Source: Spirochaetia bacterium
Lineage (GTDB): Bacteria; Spirochaetota; Spirochaetia; UBA9216
Length of the DNA stretch: 64,000 nt
Direction of reading: 5' to 3'
Assembly: GCA_965140585.1 (NCBI GenBank)
Contig: OZ223264.1
Span: 704,001 to 768,000, forward strand
This document shows, one piece after another, positions 61,220 through 64,000 of the stretch. Positions within the stretch are counted from its first letter, which is position 1. Each line of letters opens with the position of its first letter. The notes under the pieces are model-generated. The model saw only the letters and a list, made by a program, of their open reading frames with translations. It was not told the origin of the DNA and made no database searches. The translations under genes were made by a program, and so were the position numbers.

Positions 61220-62578
61220 ATGAATTCCAGACTGATTCGGTTCAACAAAGGTGAAATTCTCTTCAAGGCTGGCGACTCAACCAGGAATATGTACATAATC
61301 AGATCCGGTACCGTCAATGTGATGATTGAGAAGGACGGGAAAAACATCCTGATAACCGAGCTCGGCCGGGGCCAGTATGTTGGAGAAATGTCCTTCCTTA
61401 CAGGTGTGAAGAGGTCAGCAAGTGTAATAGCCGCATCCGATGTTCTTGTGAATGAAATTCCCTCCGAGATTCTTGATGATGAGCTTTTCGGGCTGTCCTC
61501 CTGGGCTGTCTCGGTTGCCAAGGTTCTCGTCCGCCGAATACGAACAACAACCGAGCAGCTGAGTGATTATATTTCAGGTCATGACGGAAAACAGCCAGTT
61601 ATAGAACCTCTGGTCGATTCTGAGCAGAACGGAATTAAAACCGTTGCAAGTGATCGTAAAACACGCAGATTGTTTTTGAAAGGACGTTTTTCTGAGTCTT
61701 CCATAGAGGCTGTAAATAAGAAAATCAGGGAAATGAGAGTCCGGCCCGACTGGACTCTTGTTCTGGACTTTTCCGATGTAATCGATATTGATCAGGGCGG
61801 AATAAATTTTATATATACGCTTATAAAATCACATGATGTTGCAGAGCAGCGTATCCGTATTGAGAATATTCAGCTCATCCGTGACAAGGTTCTTTCAATA
61901 AAAGGGCTGCAGAACATCCTGTCAAAGACTGATATCCCGGTGAGAAATATTGAAAAGGATGATTTTCTTATAAGACAGGGTGCAATAGAAAACGTAATGT
62001 ACTACGTCAAGAACGGCAGTTTTACTATATCCCGAGAAACTTCAAACGGCCGGATTACCCTAGCAACGGCCGAGAGCGGTGATATTCTTGGTGAGATGGC
62101 TCTTATCAAAGAGGGTATACGTTCGGCTGATGTTGTAGCGGACCGAAGATCTATAGTGCATGTTATTGATGTAAGAGATTTTTATAATAACGTATATAAC
62201 GTTCCGACCTGGTTTCTGGAATTAATCAGAGGCCTTGTTCAGCGTTTGCGGAATACCAATGAGCTGATTGTTAAATATGAAAGCGAGCATCACGATATTT
62301 CTCCGCTGGAAGAATGGAACCTGCCGCTTAGCATAATGCTGGATTCCACAAAGCCCGGACGTTTCAGGGTAAGCGGGGCAATGACGCTTCCCAATTACCA
62401 GTATCTTTATAATATTCTTGAACACGAATCACAGAAAAAAAGAAAGGAAATCCTTCTTGATCTTAGTCAGGTTACAAAATTTGACGGTTCCTGCAAGGCC
62501 GCTCTTGAAGATACAATCTACAAAATCAAAAAATCCGGTGTTGATTTCAAGGTAACCTACCCCAAAAAGAAAAAATAG
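61220..62578 (+). CDS. tandem cNMP-binding/STAS-like protein
   Basis: GEMSFLTGVKRSASV and GEMALIKEGIRSADV cNMP cassettes, each followed by a STAS-like segment (LVLDFSDV..ID; ILLDLSQV..FD). Start placed at ATG 61220. Confidence 0.75.
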   Translation: MNSRLIRFNKGEILFKAGDSTRNMYIIRSGTVNVMIEKDGKNILITELGRGQYVGEMSFLTGVKRSASVIAASDVLVNEIPSEILDDELFGLSSWAVSVAKVLVRRIRTTTEQLSDYISGHDGKQPVIEPLVDSEQNGIKTVASDRKTRRLFLKGRFSESSIEAVNKKIREMRVRPDWTLVLDFSDVIDIDQGGINFIYTLIKSHDVAEQRIRIENIQLIRDKVLSIKGLQNILSKTDIPVRNIEKDDFLIRQGAIENVMYYVKNGSFTISRETSNGRITLATAESGDILGEMALIKEGIRSADVVADRRSIVHVIDVRDFYNNVYNVPTWFLELIRGLVQRLRNTNELIVKYESEHHDISPLEEWNLPLSIMLDSTKPGRFRVSGAMTLPNYQYLYNILEHESQKKRKEILLDLSQVTKFDGSCKAALEDTIYKIKKSGVDFKVTYPKKKK

Positions 62579-62733
62579 TTTTATTTTTTAAATATATTTA
62601 ATTTTTCCTAACCATCAATTCAATACATTAATGAGCCAAACTGTATTTGTTTATTACCTCTGTGTAATGCTGTAATGTCTATATGACATGCGTGGCGCAA
62701 TAAAATTAATTTGTTGTGAAGTAAAGAATTTTA

Positions 62734-62762
62734 TTGACAAAATTAAAAAGCGTTTTTATAAT
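62734..62762 (+). promoter_or_regulatory. consensus sigma70 promoter
   Basis: TTGACA-N17-TATAAT exact match, flanked by TGG(C/T)GCAA repeats. Confidence 0.75.
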
Positions 62763-62836
62763 TTTTAAAATAATTAGATGGTGCAATAAAAATTATTTTA
62801 TGTGAAAGATGGTGCAAGTAAAAAAGGGGGTCGATT

Positions 62837-63271
62837 ATGAAAACCATTTTAAGTGAACCTTCACTGCTTCAGCTTCTGCTGGATGCCCAGAGCCTCAGCG
62901 GCAGGAACTATGTCAGTGAGGACGAAGTCAGCCGGATAGCCCGTGAATTGAATGTCTCAAAAAGCCGGGTTTATTCGACAGCATCCTTCTACAGTGAAAT
63001 CTCACTGGAACCAAGGGGGCGGCATCTTGTCAGGATCTGTACAAATGCTCCATGTGAAAACGCGGGAAAGGCGGAAGTCCAGGCGGCTATCCAGCAGGAA
63101 CTGGGAATAGTGCCGGGTGAAACTACTGAAGACGGGATGTATACGCTTGAAAGCGTTAACTGTCTGGGAGCCTGTTATATGTCTCCTGCGATTAGGATTG
63201 ATGATGAGGTATACGGAAACCTTGATTCGGAGGAAGCTGTCAGGCTGATCCGGGAAACAACGGAGGAATAA
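62837..63271 (+). CDS. NuoE/HydC-like 2Fe-2S subunit
   Basis: TASFYS, ICTNAPC, VNCLGAC..SP. Confidence 0.9.
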   Translation: MKTILSEPSLLQLLLDAQSLSGRNYVSEDEVSRIARELNVSKSRVYSTASFYSEISLEPRGRHLVRICTNAPCENAGKAEVQAAIQQELGIVPGETTEDGMYTLESVNCLGACYMSPAIRIDDEVYGNLDSEEAVRLIRETTEE

Positions 63272-63272
63272 A

Positions 63273-64000
63273 TTGAAAACGGTGGTTGATGAAAAAAGGA
63301 TGATTTTTAATTTTGATTTCAGTGAATATGTCGATCTTGAGACATACAAATCACGGGGCGGGTATAACGGTCTTAAGACTGCGGTTAAAAAGGGACCTGC
63401 CAAATCACTGGATGTTATCAGGGATTCAGGTTTGAGAGGCAGGGGAGGTGCTGCCTTTCCAACCGGTGTTAAACTTGACATGGTGAGAAATACTGCCGAT
63501 AAGTTCAGATACATTATCTGCAATGCTGATGAGGGTGAACCCGGAACATTCAAAGACCGGTTTATAATGACTCATCTGCCTTTCCAGCTTCTTGAGGGTA
63601 TTACAATTGCTGCATATATTGCGGGAACCGAACAGGGATATATCTATGTAAGACATGAATACCCGGAAGCCAGAGCAAGAATACAGGATGCAATAAACGA
63701 GGCTGAGAACAGCGGGCTGCTTGGTGAAAACATTCTTAGAAGCGGATTCTCGCTTAAACTTGAAATTTTCAGCGGTGCCGGAAGCTATCTCTGCGGAGAG
63801 GAAACCGCTCTGCTTAACTCAATAGAGGGTAAAAAGGGCCGTCCGCGGCTTAAACCGCCGTATCCTACGACCTCCGGACTCTGGGGGCATCCTACGCTTA
63901 TAAACAACGTGGAAACACTTTCCAATCTGTCGTCGATTATGTCAAACGGTGCACAATGGTACAGAAGTATCGGCACCAGTGACAGTCCCGGCACAAAACT
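63273..64000 (+). CDS. NuoF/HydB-like FMN/NADH-binding subunit (runs off window; absent from the ORF track)
   Basis: Manual translation: SGLRGRGGAAFPTG, ICNADEGEPGTFKDR, GAGSYLCGEETALLNSIEG, KPPYP, NNVETL; TTG start after GGAGG. Confidence 0.9.
   Translation, partial: MKTVVDEKRMIFNFDFSEYVDLETYKSRGGYNGLKTAVKKGPAKSLDVIRDSGLRGRGGAAFPTGVKLDMVRNTADKFRYIICNADEGEPGTFKDRFIMTHLPFQLLEGITIAAYIAGTEQGYIYVRHEYPEARARIQDAINEAENSGLLGENILRSGFSLKLEIFSGAGSYLCGEETALLNSIEGKKGRPRLKPPYPTTSGLWGHPTLINNVETLSNLSSIMSNGAQWYRSIGTSDSPGTK

Overview
64 kb of chromosome from an anaerobic bacterium, most likely Spirochaetales. This is inferred from the 'FAGGQxE'-type N-termini of the substrate-binding proteins and the gene content. 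No rRNA, tRNA, CRISPR, transposase or prophage was seen. In order, the window holds: the end of an NqrF-like gene; an oxidative-stress cluster (TIGR02757-rubrerythrin-desulfoferrodoxin-rubredoxin, the last missed by the ORF track); housekeeping hydrolases; a DeoR/Ldh2/malic enzyme operon; a collapsed flavin oxidoreductase pseudogene; a DUF2202/polyferredoxin/two-component module with mirror-image direct-repeat boxes; yajC-secD-secF; a flavinylated lipoprotein reductase; ornithine carbamoyltransferase followed by a BMP-type ABC + dehydrogenase + FGGY kinase + class I aldolase operon; a PLP enzyme divergent from a PGDH-like gene; a YbiW-like glycyl radical enzyme locus with ABC uptake, ROK kinases and a GH4 (many genes broken by single-base indels that look like consensus errors); carbamate kinase; a cNMP-STAS tandem protein; and the start of a NuoE/NuoF-like operon. 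The most notable observations are the PTS-independent glycyl radical sugar locus, at least nine apparently leaderless genes with an identical -10/N6/ATG geometry, and the DUF2202 module. All family calls come from motif recognition by eye, not from database searches.
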